A stretch of 57,775 bases of DNA, counting the filler, from Sphacelaria rigidula (lineage: Eukaryota), in the NCBI GenBank assembly GCA_964200075.2. It is 9 parts of 9 records of this genome, joined end to end, with 100 filler letters (N's around TTAATTAATTAA, not from the genome) between each part and the next. Parts side by side here need not be neighbours in the genome. Positions count along the whole stretch, not along the records: positions 1 to 6,331 come from CAXNAA020020730.1; positions 6,432 to 12,762 come from CAXNAA020020731.1; 7 more parts are not named here. One strand, 5' to 3'. Of this stretch, positions 1 to 11,620 are shown piece by piece. Under the pieces are notes generated by a model. That model had not been told where the DNA came from. It worked only from the letters and a program-made list of their open reading frames with translations, and ran no database searches. The translations under genes and the position numbers were made by a program. Position 1 is the first letter of the stretch; the number at the start of each line of letters is the position of its first letter.

Positions 1-60
1 CTTGCCCCCTTTGCCCACGCGCGTGTCGCCGCTTCGGCCGTGTGGGGCGGGGCCGGGGGT

Positions 61-95
<35 letters not shown>

Positions 96-2526
96 AAGCT
101 ATCGCGGGTCAACTCGCACGTGAACATATTTGCAAGCCACTCCTCACCGCACTTGCCCGGCCCAAGAAAGGAGAGCACAACTCCAACGACGGAGTCACGG
201 AAGAAGGAACAGCCCGGGTTCCAATGCCCGTGACACGTTCACGTGCGAGGTGGGAGGATACCAGCGATGGTGATCTCACCGACGAAGATACTTCCTCGAG
301 CAGGGAGGGCAGTATACAAACATCCCTCGTGGATTCATCCTCCTGTAAAGAAGCCTTGAGCGGGGAGGGCAAGGATGGTGGGCCTGATGCCGCGCGGGAC
401 ATCAACTTCCGCGAGACGGGTGATCAAGCACCGCGTGCGCTTGGTCGCACCCGGCAAAAAACTCGCGTTCAGCAACAGCAGTCATCACAGATAATGGAAG
501 ACGGTGAGCTGGACAACAGAAACATCAGCGAGGCGGGGATGAGCTCCCCTGACCCTGAACCGCGTGTACTTGGTTGGACGCACTCGACAGTAAACCCGAG
601 CTTAGGGGGACAGCTTGTTGGCACAACTGACGGATCTACATGGCAACATCTACAGTACTTCGCCAGTTTATCTGTAACCCTCATGGCAAAGGCGGGTGAG
701 TACAGTAAAAAACGAATACATTCAACAGACACAGACCCGGTATCGAAGACGCGACGTCGACCCGTGAAGTCAAAGAACCGAGTACTGTGGGAGTAGGCAA
801 TGCACGGTGATTTCACAGGTGTACTAGCAAAAGGTACTTTTGAACTGGTGGATAAGCTTCCGGGGGGTCGTAAAGCCCTTGGTACGAAGTGGCTTTACAG
901 TCGGAAGACAGATGAGGACCGATTTGTGACCAAGCCCAAGGCGAGGTTCGTGTGCCTGGGTAACCTACAACATCCTGGTATTGATCTTAAAGATACATCT
1001 GCCCCGACCCCACCTAGTCCCACACTAAGAGGACTTACTGCGTATGCTTGCCAAAATAACGTCGAGATGTACCACTTGGATGTCGAGCAAGCATGCATAC
1101 AGCCACCCCTTGAGGAGGAGATCTACGTACTTCAACTCTGATGGCTGTGGATATTTGTTCGGACGATTCGTGAAAAGTCTTGAAGGCCCTTCATGGCCTG
1201 AAACAAGCAGGTAGACAGCTTGGAACGCTAAGCTTGTGACAGATCTCAAGGAATACGGGGTTGAGCAGTGCATGACCGGAGCATGCATTTTTAGGTTGAT
1301 GGAGGGAAATAATTTGAAGGCACTACTCACTGTGCACGTTGATGATCTCCTCATCGTGTGTGACGAGGAACAGTGTAACAAGATCAACGAGAGTTTGGTA
1401 ATCGAGTTTCCCACAAGGAATCTGGGAGAACTGGCTTTTTACGGGGGTTGTGCGTACGAGCGCAACTGGGAAAGTGGTACGATCAAGTTTTCAAGGGTCG
1501 GACAAATAATGATTCGTCTGGAAATTACTTGGTTTTAGAATAATTGATTCGAATNNNNNNNNNNCTTTGTTTTCAACGTTGCAACACAGGTACACGCAGC
1601 CCAGACACGTGGAATGGCACAAAAGTTGCGTGGATCCCCCTTGGACCAGCGGCCAACTTTTTTTTAATCTATTTTGGGCAGTCAGGCCGAAGAAATCGTG
1701 AATTTGGTGATTCGTAGTCGTGATGATTCGTCCTAACCGTGCAAGATTTCGCAGTCCGCATTTGTCGAGGAAATCATCGATAAGTTTGATACCACGCGCA
1801 CAGCCCATACCCCCGCATCTGTTTCAACCACGAAGAAGGCACAGGTGGAAAAGGGGGAAATCCGAGGTGGATGTGCCGTACAGGCAGGCGGTGGGAGCGT
1901 AAATGTGGCTGGCCAATAACACTCGTCCCGACATCGCGGACGCTGTGAGGGAAGTGTCGCGATACAGTCATGATTTCACACGTGATGACCGGCTGAGGGT
2001 GGTACGGACCCCTGAGTACGTGAACTGCACACGCGATTTAGGTATCACGTACGAGCGTGGTAGGCAAGAGAGACTATTCATAGTGGCGTACGCCCACGCG
2101 GACGGACTATGCTAATTCGGAGGAATGGCGTTCTGTAACAGGCGGTGTTTTGATGTTCGGGAGTGCGGTTGTGGTCGGTGTATTGAGAACCCAGGGCAAT
2201 GTCTCATTGTCCAGTAGTGAAGCAGAATACAAGAGGTAATACTCGTGCGGGGTGTTCTCAAATTCTTTCAACCGGATGTCGAGCAGAAGAGCACTACGGT
2301 GTTTGAGGGTAATACACAGTGACATTCAACTGGCCAACAATCCACTGAGTAGTGGTTGGAGTAGACATATTGATGTACGCCATCATCTTCTGCGTGGACT
2401 AGTTAGAGATGGTCAAATTCGGTTCGATTACATACGGTCATAAGAGCAACATGCGAACATAATGACCAAGACTTTGCCTAGACTGAGTTTCGAGTCCCAC
2501 AGGGATTTCATTACGAATATCAAGTA
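1..2526 (+). mobile_element. Degenerate Ty1/copia pol fragment (post-integrase linker, reverse transcriptase, RNase H)
   Basis: RT motifs LGTKWLYSRK..KPKARFVCLG, HLDVEQA..LEEEIY and LLTVHVDDLLI; then PYRQAVG/WLANNTRPDIA; RNase H region AYAHADG, RSVTGGV, VSLSSSEAEY, SRHIDVRHH, HANIMTK. Several stops and frameshifts. A polypurine-tract-like TGAGGAGGGGA lies near 2656. Confidence 0.93.
1492..1741. mobile_element. Non-autonomous hAT-like element inserted in the copia RT
   Basis: Imperfect TIRs CAAGGGTCGGACAAAT and revcomp CACGGTTAGGACGAAT; 8-bp TSD CAAGTTTT (1484-1491) / CAAGATTT (1742-1749). Removal restores GTIKISQSAFVEEIIDKF. The left end recurs at ~51269-51345. Internal N gap, so true length is unknown. 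Confidence 0.8.
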
Positions 2527-3567
2527 GGCTGAGTACTTTAAATCTGTGCCAGTTATTATACTCCATTTTTGTAGATTTTTTTCAAGGTAAATTTTTTGTA
2601 CTGAACGGCGCAAACGGTCTTCTACGCACAAGGACTAGGGTAGCGTGAGACATATTGAGGAGGGGATTCCGGCTTTTATCTATTTGTATTGCTTGGAAGG
2701 TGATTTTGCGGCGCCTGTGCACGGCTGAGTAAGTTTCCTTCCAGGCGGGACCGGGTTTTCTTCCTTAGTTATTGTCAATACAGTTGTGAACGGTTCGTCA
2801 GTTACTTCGTTGATACCGAGCAGGACCAGGGGACGGTGTGAGATGTTTGAATTGATCGTTCTCCTATCTACAGGAATAGGGCTATTAGGTGGAGCTTCAT
2901 TTTCCGAGGAACATTCTTCACGGTACGCAGGCATGCATACACCTGTCATGTATTGTAGGAAGGGATATGTTTTTGGGCTCGGGGATCCGTTTATCGTACC
3001 CAACGCTCTCACTCCTACTCCTTTTCTCTCCTCCACTATCTGATAGGCTACCCATTTATCTCCCTTCGGAAAAGGCGACCTGCGGGCGTTTGTGGGTTCG
3101 TTTAATAATATATTTGCGTCTTGAATCATTTTATCCTCGTCCTGTACTACACTGCGCGGCAGTTGTACAAGAGACTTTCGAGTCATTCAAACAGCGCCTG
3201 CCCCACAGGACTGCCGCAAGACATTCTGGCCGAGCCCCCGGGTAAATCGGTACACGAACGCGTTCGCGGGGGGGAAGTGTTGAGTGACGAGTTCCTCCTT
3301 CCTTTTAAGGGAAAAAAAATAAACAAACGGTACGGTAACTTAGAATGGGAGAGGGATCGGCCGTGTTACTACTATATGAAGTGACGCGGAGGTCTATCAC
3401 CCTATTGACAAGGGTGAGGAAAAAAATATCAGGCCACGTGACATGGTGTCTGTGTACATCAGGTCACTCCTCTAGGCCCTGCAGGTGTCTGCAGAATGCC
3501 ATTGAGGCAGTACTATACGGCCAACGTCGTAGATGATCGTTCTCCCCGGAACAAAGGGGGAAGGGCT

Positions 3568-3997
3568 GGGGGCGTACTCATTTGTTGCTTGCCTTAGTCG
3601 TTTGACAATTGACCACAAGGGTTAGGGGGGCAAGCGGGCGTGGGTGAGGGCACTCAAAATATTCGAGTTCCCCAGTTCAAACACAAGGGTTTATGCTTCC
3701 TAAGCTTCTCGCACACAAAGTTCTCACCGTAGCTTCATTAACCCCTCTCACCCACGAGAGTGTGATATGGATCCTGTTCCCCTACAGTGGTCTTTTGTGC
3801 CCGCCTGCCGCCAACCCAGCGGAGGAAGATCAAAACGCTCCGATTTTTTTCACGAGCATGAATGGTCCAAAATCTTCTCGAACAAAGCTCTCGCCGTGAA
3901 TTCATCTACTCCCTCAACCACGTGCTCCGTCTCGATAGGGATGCGTGGTCAATGGTCAGACGACCAAGGCAAGCAACAAATGAGTCCCCCCCCCCCC
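3568..3997. mobile_element. MITE-like element with ~50-bp G-rich TIRs
   Basis: GGGGCGTACTCATTTGTTGCTTGCCTTAGTCG..TGACCAC at 3568 and its reverse complement at ~3943-3997; the same terminus recurs at ~12676-12737. Confidence 0.6.
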
Positions 3998-4210
3998 TAA
4001 CCGCGAGCGTGTGATTCAGACCGTATCTCACTAAGGTACTCTCGTGCCTGCCGCCAACCCTGTGAAGGAAACTCTAAACGTTCCGATTTTTTCGTACCTC
4101 AACAACCCATGCCTACTTGAAGCAAGGGACACAGTCTCACACGCACCCTTGGAGGACAAAAACACCTTAACCGCCCGGACCGCTACTACTACGCCAGTTG
4201 CGCGGGGTTT

Positions 4211-4350
4211 TGGGGGCGTGTACTCGTGGATCTTGCATACCGTAGTTATGAAACATTTATTTGACTTCGCATCCCTACAAAGCCGGGACGGAGCACGCCG
4301 GGTTTTCGCCGGATCAGGCTCACATCAATCACCGAGCACGAAGCGCCGTG
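4211..4350 (+). repeat. Dispersed repeat family (GGGG-GTACTCATGATC...CGCATCCCTACAAAGCCGG..GGAGCACGCCGG)
   Basis: Related copies at ~10432, 14600-14735(-), 19305-19352, 21300-21417(-), 21603-21692, 31169-31211, 35446-35492 and 43677-43800. Confidence 0.8.
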
Positions 4351-6089
4351 ATTTGTTCGGCGACTCGCATGAATTTTTTCTTCTTCATTTTTTTTTTTTT
4401 GGGGGGGGGGTGAAGTCCGGAATGAAATGTATGGGGTTAAGATGAATTGCATGCGGAGAAAACTCATTGCCACGCATGTAACGCGCATCATAATTCCTTG
4501 GTGAACAAGCCACTACCTGCATTACACTGATCGCCGCAGTAGCAAAAAAACTGAGTTTAGCGGTTGTCTGACCAGCAGTAGATCATCTCAGTCGTACACG
4601 ATTGTCGGAAGATATAAATCAGTATTGATGCTGACTAAGAAACGGAAACATTGAAAGGGAGAAAAAACAAAATAGCATCCTTACACGGCAGAATGCACGC
4701 CCACGGCCCACCGACCAAAGCTCTTAATTTGCACGAAACTCGTGACACAGCAGTATCCGCTCATATTCACCCGAGACCAACTATTACGGGATTTATTCAA
4801 GTCAATATTTTCTGGGTTTCTCGGGGGTTTCCGACGCCCACAAAAAATCACGTCCACTATGTTTTGTGTCCTTTCATTCGACACACATTCAACCCCTCCC
4901 CTTCTTCGGGACGAATCCGTGATCTCAATGAATCAACCCGTCTCCGCCAAGGTACACGCTTTGCATTGTGGCCTCGTGAATTGGATCATGACCAACCCTC
5001 CCGCACCGCGTTGGGACAGGCAGTCATCGATATTTTTCATCTGTCCCCTACAGGAAGTAAAAATCGTGGACACCTGCTAGTAATACAACAGGACCGAGTT
5101 GTGACAAGTACCTCACCCCACCCTCTAAAAAAACATCTTCTCTTTATTTTCTTCAGGTCTTGAATACTATACCCACCTGGCAGAGTCCCATCCACACCTC
5201 TCACCACCCATACCGGAGCGTAACCTGCTGTTGTGTTCTACTCTTGAACAAAATAATTATACGAGTAGTCCGCGCGCACAGCTGTCTTGTCGGGTAGAAT
5301 ATGACACCGTGTAATTTTTGGGCGTTGTGTCTTCCGTAATGAACAAGACACTTCGTGCCCAGACTCGTCCCTCATTTCCGTGCTGTAGCCGACGGTATAA
5401 TGTGGTGCGTTTGAACCCCGCGCAAGAGGGTTTTTAATATGCGCTGGGAATTGCCTGAGATGCTTGCTGTACTGCTGTTGTGTCCAGTCGGTCGAAGTAT
5501 GTAGTTGACACGCAGTGCCGTCGGCACATAAAACGCTCCTTTGTCAGTTCAGAGTACAAATATCTCAGGATGGAGAGTGACGAAAAATTATCGCCCCCTC
5601 CGTCAAATGTGGTATCCCCTCGACTTTTTTTCGAAGAGGTGATTTTTCTTATTCCGCACTCTGATCCTGAGACATTTGCACTCTGAACTGACGGAAAAAA
5701 AAAAAAACGTTTTGCCAAAAACTCTTCACGGTTGAAACTGTCGTACTATAGCGTGTTTGTTGGTTGTTGTGTCTTCCGTAAAACGAACAAGGCGCTTCGT
5801 GCCCACACCAAACATGTCCATGCCGTACTTATCGCTGTACTGCGGTGTGTTTGAACTCTACGAGGACACTTTGATCTGCGTTTGAGATTGCCTCAGCTGC
5901 TGTGTAGGACTGCTGCTGAATCCCGACCTCTCCACAGTTCTGGGGTGGGAACAAAGTGCTGTCTGAACAAAGACGGGAAAGTCAAGTGATGGCTTGTGCA
6001 CCCGTCGTGTCTCCTTTGGGCGCTGTTGTACAGGTGCAAACCTCCTCACTTCTGAATTTTACCACGTGTTCGAGCGACAAAGTACGTAC

Positions 6090-6331
6090 CATGTGTGTCC
6101 ATCTCTGTGTGTTGACATCCATCTATTTTGGACGCCAGTCCACGCCTTTCGGTACACATGGGCGCATCAGCGGGGATCACACAGGAGGAATATCAGCACG
6201 GGAGTTTTTTTCACGTTGTTTTTAGGACTCCACTTTCGTTCTGTGGTGCGTGTCTGTGTTGTGTGTTGTGTGCTGTCGTCCCATTTATTCTGGGCGCCAG
6301 TCTACACCTTTCGGTTTATGTGGGCGCACCA
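6090..6331 (-). mobile_element. Two partial tandem 3' ends of the tRNA-derived SINE
   Basis: Match the 3' half of the full copies at 26937 and 39777 (TGGGCGCACCAGC, CACACAGGAGGAA, TG-repeat tail). Confidence 0.75.
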
Positions 6332-6431
6332 NNNNNNNNNNNNNNNNNNNNNNNNNNNNNNNNNNNNNNNNNNNNTTAATTAATTAANNNNNNNNNNNNN
6401 NNNNNNNNNNNNNNNNNNNNNNNNNNNNNNN
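6332..6431. other. Artificial contig spacer N44-TTAATTAATTAA-N44 (also 12763-12862, 19194-19293, 25625-25724, 32056-32155, 38486-38585, 44916-45015, 51346-51445)
   Basis: Identical 100-bp spacer with stops in all six frames, recurring every 6431 or 6430 bp. Confidence 0.98.
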
Positions 6432-6433
6432 TT

Positions 6434-6525
6434 TTGTGACGGCTTAAGAGACTACCAACTAGACTAATGACCAGTCAGCGCTGATTGGTCAGTAGTCTAG
6501 TTGGTAGTCTCTTAAACCGTCACAA
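6434..6525. repeat. 92-bp loop-less palindrome
   Basis: 46-bp arms centred on 6479/6480 (AGCGCT) with 3 mismatches, checked base by base. Confidence 0.95.
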
Positions 6526-8253
6526 CTCGCACCCCTACCTGATGCGCACCGTCTCTTTCCCGCCGCTGTCGCTGGCACCTTTTCCACGAACCAGACAAAC
6601 CTCCCCGACGGAGACACGATCGAGCTCGACAAGGCCTTGGAGGATGTCGTGTCTAATGTCGCCGGAGTCGAGAGTGCCCAGTTGCTCGGCATGATGAGTC
6701 CAAGTCTTTTCGATCGTGAGTACCCGCCTAGTGTTGAATGTGTCGGTATCGTCCTCGCGTGGTGCCAAGTAAATGGATACGTTTGGAAGCATCATCCCCA
6801 CACGGGACAAAAGGACATCCTGTTTGCGCCAGTTTCTAATTTGAAGTTGTTGAAATTCGCCCAGCTGTACTGAAGCGCCCGATTTATCGACTGTAACCTG
6901 CCCCATCAACTCTTGCGATCACCCGTACCCTTCGCCGCTGCCCCCGATCAATCATTTTCGCAGGATCATGCAGAAGACGTGCAAGACGCATCCCTTTCAA
7001 GTGTCGACGCTCGGCGTGACATCAAATTGCGCAGAGTCAGCGATTTGTGTAGGCCACGTACTGTCCCTCAAGGAGGAGACCACGGATGCGGTAGAGGTGG
7101 AGCAGGAGCGGCGGTCTTGGAGTCTACCGAGACCCAGCGTCCGGTGTTCGTTGTACCGTTGATTGCTGTTCAGCACACAGCATGATGTTTTCTTTTTGGT
7201 TAGCCAGTTCCAAGAGCTCCCGATGTTTTGCAGCCAATTTGCCGATGCGGTAGTATTTGTTTTCCCGTGTTGATGGCTTATCAGCTGTTCTTGATGGGTC
7301 CGTCAGCACATGTTTTCGAGTGCATTTTCGGAAATCCGATGCGGTTGGCAAGAGTCCCTGGCAAAATCGATTTGCTGCAGCTCATAGACGGGAGGCGCAC
7401 CATTGGCTTCGTGCAAGAGAATTTGTTATGATCCGCTGCCATCGAGGGTGAGATCATGGAACAGAATCCAGGGTCCCACCACGTTTTGCGACTTTTCTCG
7501 GCACGAAAAGACGGGATATCAGCAGTCATATCACATGCGATGACTTGCGCTTTCAAAAAAAACGACGGAAACTGCGGCGAAATTGTTGAACAGAAAAGTG
7601 ATTTCAAGATATCCACGAGTCCCAAGTCCACGCGACGAATGGTGGCATCAACTGCGTTTGCGAATGAATTCGGGCACAACCTCGCTGAATCGTATCTTTT
7701 ACTCGAATCGCACGACTCACACTACTTTGGGGACATCTTGAACGGTGCATTTTTCCACAAACGCCACCTGTGGGCCAGCGCGCAACATTTTAAAACATTA
7801 TTCTGCCATTCCATTCAGGCAACGGGTGGCAGGAATGTTCCAACATGCTACACATGTAAACTTTTCGTCTCATTATCGGAACCGGCGCAACGAGACATGT
7901 TATGAATACAACCTCACTCTCAATCGTACTTTCAACGCTCGATTTCACGGAAACATTGTTAGGTTCGCCGGCAGGATTTTGCACCAATGTGCGAGGTAAG
8001 AGTTTTGTCCATAAATGATGCAGACACACCCGGCCGCTGAAAGCCATGAAAAGCCTGCTTTCAATCTTTTAGTAGATTCTCAATCTCACGAAACCATTGT
8101 TATGAATATGTTTCTCATGCCTTGACAGCGAAAGACACCGAGACAAGAGCCAGCACCCCGTTCAAAAAAAGGTACAAGACGTGTCAAATGAGCATCAACT
8201 ATTACGTATGCAGATTATTTCAGTGGCCAAGAAGAGTGGAAGACGACCAGTAA
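6508..8253 (+). pseudogene. Decayed intronless gene(s) of unknown family with a C-terminal CxxC...CxxC motif
   Basis: Long protein-like frames linked by single stops or frameshifts (6508-6873, ~6890-7162, 7456-7905). CYTC..RDML*ICFSC is restored on removing a 200-bp insert at 7909-8108. Confidence 0.5.
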
Positions 8254-10587
8254 CGTGGGTCGGCCGCTTCCCACCGTCAGGTGGGTTCCTAGATGCCGAC
8301 CATTGCGAGAAAAATAACGACGGCAGACACTGAAATCACAAGGATTGTGTACTTTCATATGTACAGCTGCTTTACTTTGAAAAGACCAGGGCTTCCGCGC
8401 ACTTGTCAAGGCTTGACATAACAGGAAACATATTGTGCACACTCTACAAAATACTGACGCGAAGTTATGACAAGTTATAATAATAGCAATGACAAAAACG
8501 ATGAGAATAACAAGACTGCGATGGAAGCATGATCTCAGAGGTTTGACCCAAGGGCGGAGAGCAACGCGCAACAGGCATTTTTTTTTCCGAGAAGAATCAG
8601 CGTCAATTACAACCATTGCCATCTCGAACGATGAATTATCTGCCAAATCAAGACATCATGGCAAAACATAACAAAACATGAACACGCGTGTAAACAATTC
8701 TAACGCAACCCACGTTTTCGTTCACCGTGACGGGTGAAAGGTATAATCTGAAATGCCTTCCCGCCAAACACCCACACAACCCCCAAAACTGCTCTGCATC
8801 CCTGCAACTGCCTCGTTGCAAGGAAACGTCGAACACCCTCGTCCCCCTTCCCCCCGCCCATGTCGTAGGACCACTAGTCCAGCCAAAATACCGTCACAAA
8901 ACTTCTCGTTGGCATACATGTATACGAAAGGGGGACTACTGTGTGGCAAGGTGAGGGGCTCAGTGATACACCCAGTATACTCCGACGCACGTATGAACAC
9001 CAGTTACACTCAGACTACGCTCTATGACCAACAGTCGCGGGCTCCCGCGCGCACCCGGACCACACAACACTGCCTACCCGCTCGTTTCCCCCGCCGCTAC
9101 AAGGAGAACCATGTTCTGGTCAAATAGATGGCGTATAAACCGCACTACTTGTATTCCTCCGAAAAAATAACATCTGTAAAATGTCTTTTCCGGCGGTTCG
9201 GCGCCGATATTTCCCCGAAAAAGAGAATGGGCGGACCGTACAACCTCAGCACTCTTTCCATCTTTCGGATGCCCAGTCTGGCTTCCGGTAGGACTACCAA
9301 TGTTGCATACAATCCCATAACGTCCCATGTTGCTGGGTGTCTCTCGGATGTTTTGAAAGAAGTCAAACGATTTCACTCATGTGATACGAGGATTGTCTTG
9401 CCCAAAGTAAGACTGGGCGTAAAGAGGGGTGTTTAAAAAGTGTGCTTGACACCTCCGAAGTAGAGTACACAGCAAGTATTCCCGAGGTTTCATAATCCAC
9501 CAAGCACTTTTGTTGAGACACAAAACCCACGGCAACCCGCCAAAGCAGGTGTTTTTGAGAGTTTTCCCCCCCACACCCACAAGAAGTGGTCTTGCGAAGG
9601 ACAGGCTCGCTAGCTCGAAAAAGCGCTCCGATTTTATACGTCAACGTTGGGTGTTTTTCCTTGGCGGCCCCAGTTGAGCAGTCTGATACTGCTGCGTGCC
9701 CGAAGCAGGTAGAAGCACCACAGATATATCGTAGTTGTAAAAGATGATAAAAACATTCAGGTATGCGACACAACCTTTTTTGTAAAAAACAAAAAGCTGA
9801 CACAAAGGATGAAATAATGTCCGGAGGGAGGAAGGGTTACGAACAAACACATACTCATCAACATCAACGACATACCCATTTTTTTCTGGTCTTACCCAAA
9901 AGGGGTTTCAGGTACAGCACCACACCTTGACCCGTTACTTGAAAACGTCGAGGAGCTACGACCAAGCGTATACAGCTAATCGCTTCAGATGCTGTCCTAC
10001 GAACACCCAAGAAATGACCAGTGCGGCCAGAGTCTCTGATCGCGTGTGAAAAAACGCGCTCGTTTCAAAAACAAGGACGAGAGAACACGCGCTAACAAGC
10101 ACGCACACGCCCAGCGGTATCGCCAGGGCAGGGGAAGGTACAGGTGTCCCGCCACATGCCACGTCGGTGACGGTCGTGGTGCTGCTGCTGGTGCCATCAG
10201 CCAGCAATTCTCTGTATTCCATGGTGACGCAGTATATCTCCAACACCTATCAATGTGGATGAAAGAGAGATCAACACACATCACGATTCAGGTTATTCAT
10301 CACTTCACTAAAAGTAAATTGCAGCATATTCGTGGCAGCTGTTTCAGCAGATTATGTGCGGGGTCAAACGTACCGACACACTGCCGATACCATCGCATGC
10401 CTCGTACGCAAAAATGGGGAGAGGAGGAGCGGGGTGGAGCACTCATGATCTTGCATGCCGTACGTAGTCATGACCCCAGAGAGAGGGAGGATGCTATCCT
10501 CCGTCGACGACCGCATATGTGGTAAATTTTTTCATTCAATTGAATGATCGAGCACTGGCGCACCGCTTATGCCGCTCCGACACTCTG

Positions 10588-11620
10588 TCAGGGGTGAAAA
10601 CAAGGAGCAACAAAAACAGCTACCCGTTTAGTGTGGAGAACGTTCAATGACCGCCCGAACCCAATTTCGCGAATTTTGTAAGTAGGAAAATAGGTTGCAA
10701 AATGCTGCGCAAGTCCGGACCTAGATATTTCTGGGGTATGGCTGTTGTGCATATATTTTTTAATATACAACACTGCAGTAAAGTCCACCTCAACCGTCAA
10801 CTTCTGCGATACTGTTAACAGCGCCATGCACCGTGACGCACGAGTCATATCTACCACCATACAAGCGAAAACACGGCCAGTTGGAATTCACTTGAACGGC
10901 CAACTACTGACGGACACATTTCCACCAAAAATGGAGGGAACCACTGCTATGGCAAGAATTTTGACACAGCCATGCTCCACCACGTAAGGTGGTGTGATGA
11001 TATCCGCGCGTGAAGATCCAACACATTTGTTGTGTCCATTACACACTAACAGAAGCATGTTTGACCCGTGTAGAGAAGGTACAGTAGCACCTCCAGCATG
11101 AGGAGTACAGTAGCAGGTGGATATCAGGTTGGATCTTCTGAAAATGGGTTGGAGGATGGTTATTGAATGCGTACCATATTGTGTTTGCAGGGAGAGCAGA
11201 GCAGGGGTCACTTCTGGTTCAACGAAGACAGCTGTTTGTGTAACTGCCTGAGTCTTGAAGTCTCTGGAGCCCTTGACAGGGAGGAAGCCTGTGGAGCAGC
11301 ACTGTGACCTTGTTCTGATTTCAGACAAGTCTACATCCGTATGGAATACAGTGTTCCGACACGTCGCACAGGACGTGTTTCTTATTTCACCGCTGTGCGG
11401 TAGAGTTCTGTGTCGAAGGACATAAGGTGCTCACAGCAAACCAAACAGGGTACGCGAGCTCTCTCGTGCCGTCATTCCGCACAGCACAGACCGTTCCAGA
11501 AATTGTTCTGAGACGATAGACGGATGCCAATATACATGATCGTTTTGCTACGGATCAGCCTCAAAGCTCACATTCCTTGAGCACACAATAACATTTTCAG
11601 TGTTTCGAATTAACCTGATT
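10588..11620 (-). pseudogene. Decayed intronless ORF of ~340 codons, unknown family
   Basis: ORFs 11328-10888 and 10860-10588 share one frame, separated by a single TGA. The frame extends upstream to ~11620 with two more stops. Confidence 0.5.

Noticed and set aside
2..796. Stand-alone 264-aa gene
   Set aside because: Low-complexity region leading straight into copia RT; the poly-Gly comes from a G homopolymer.
6376..6387. Regularly spaced TTAATTAATTAA as a biological periodic motif
   Set aside because: Always embedded in N44 flanks; it is an assembly linker.
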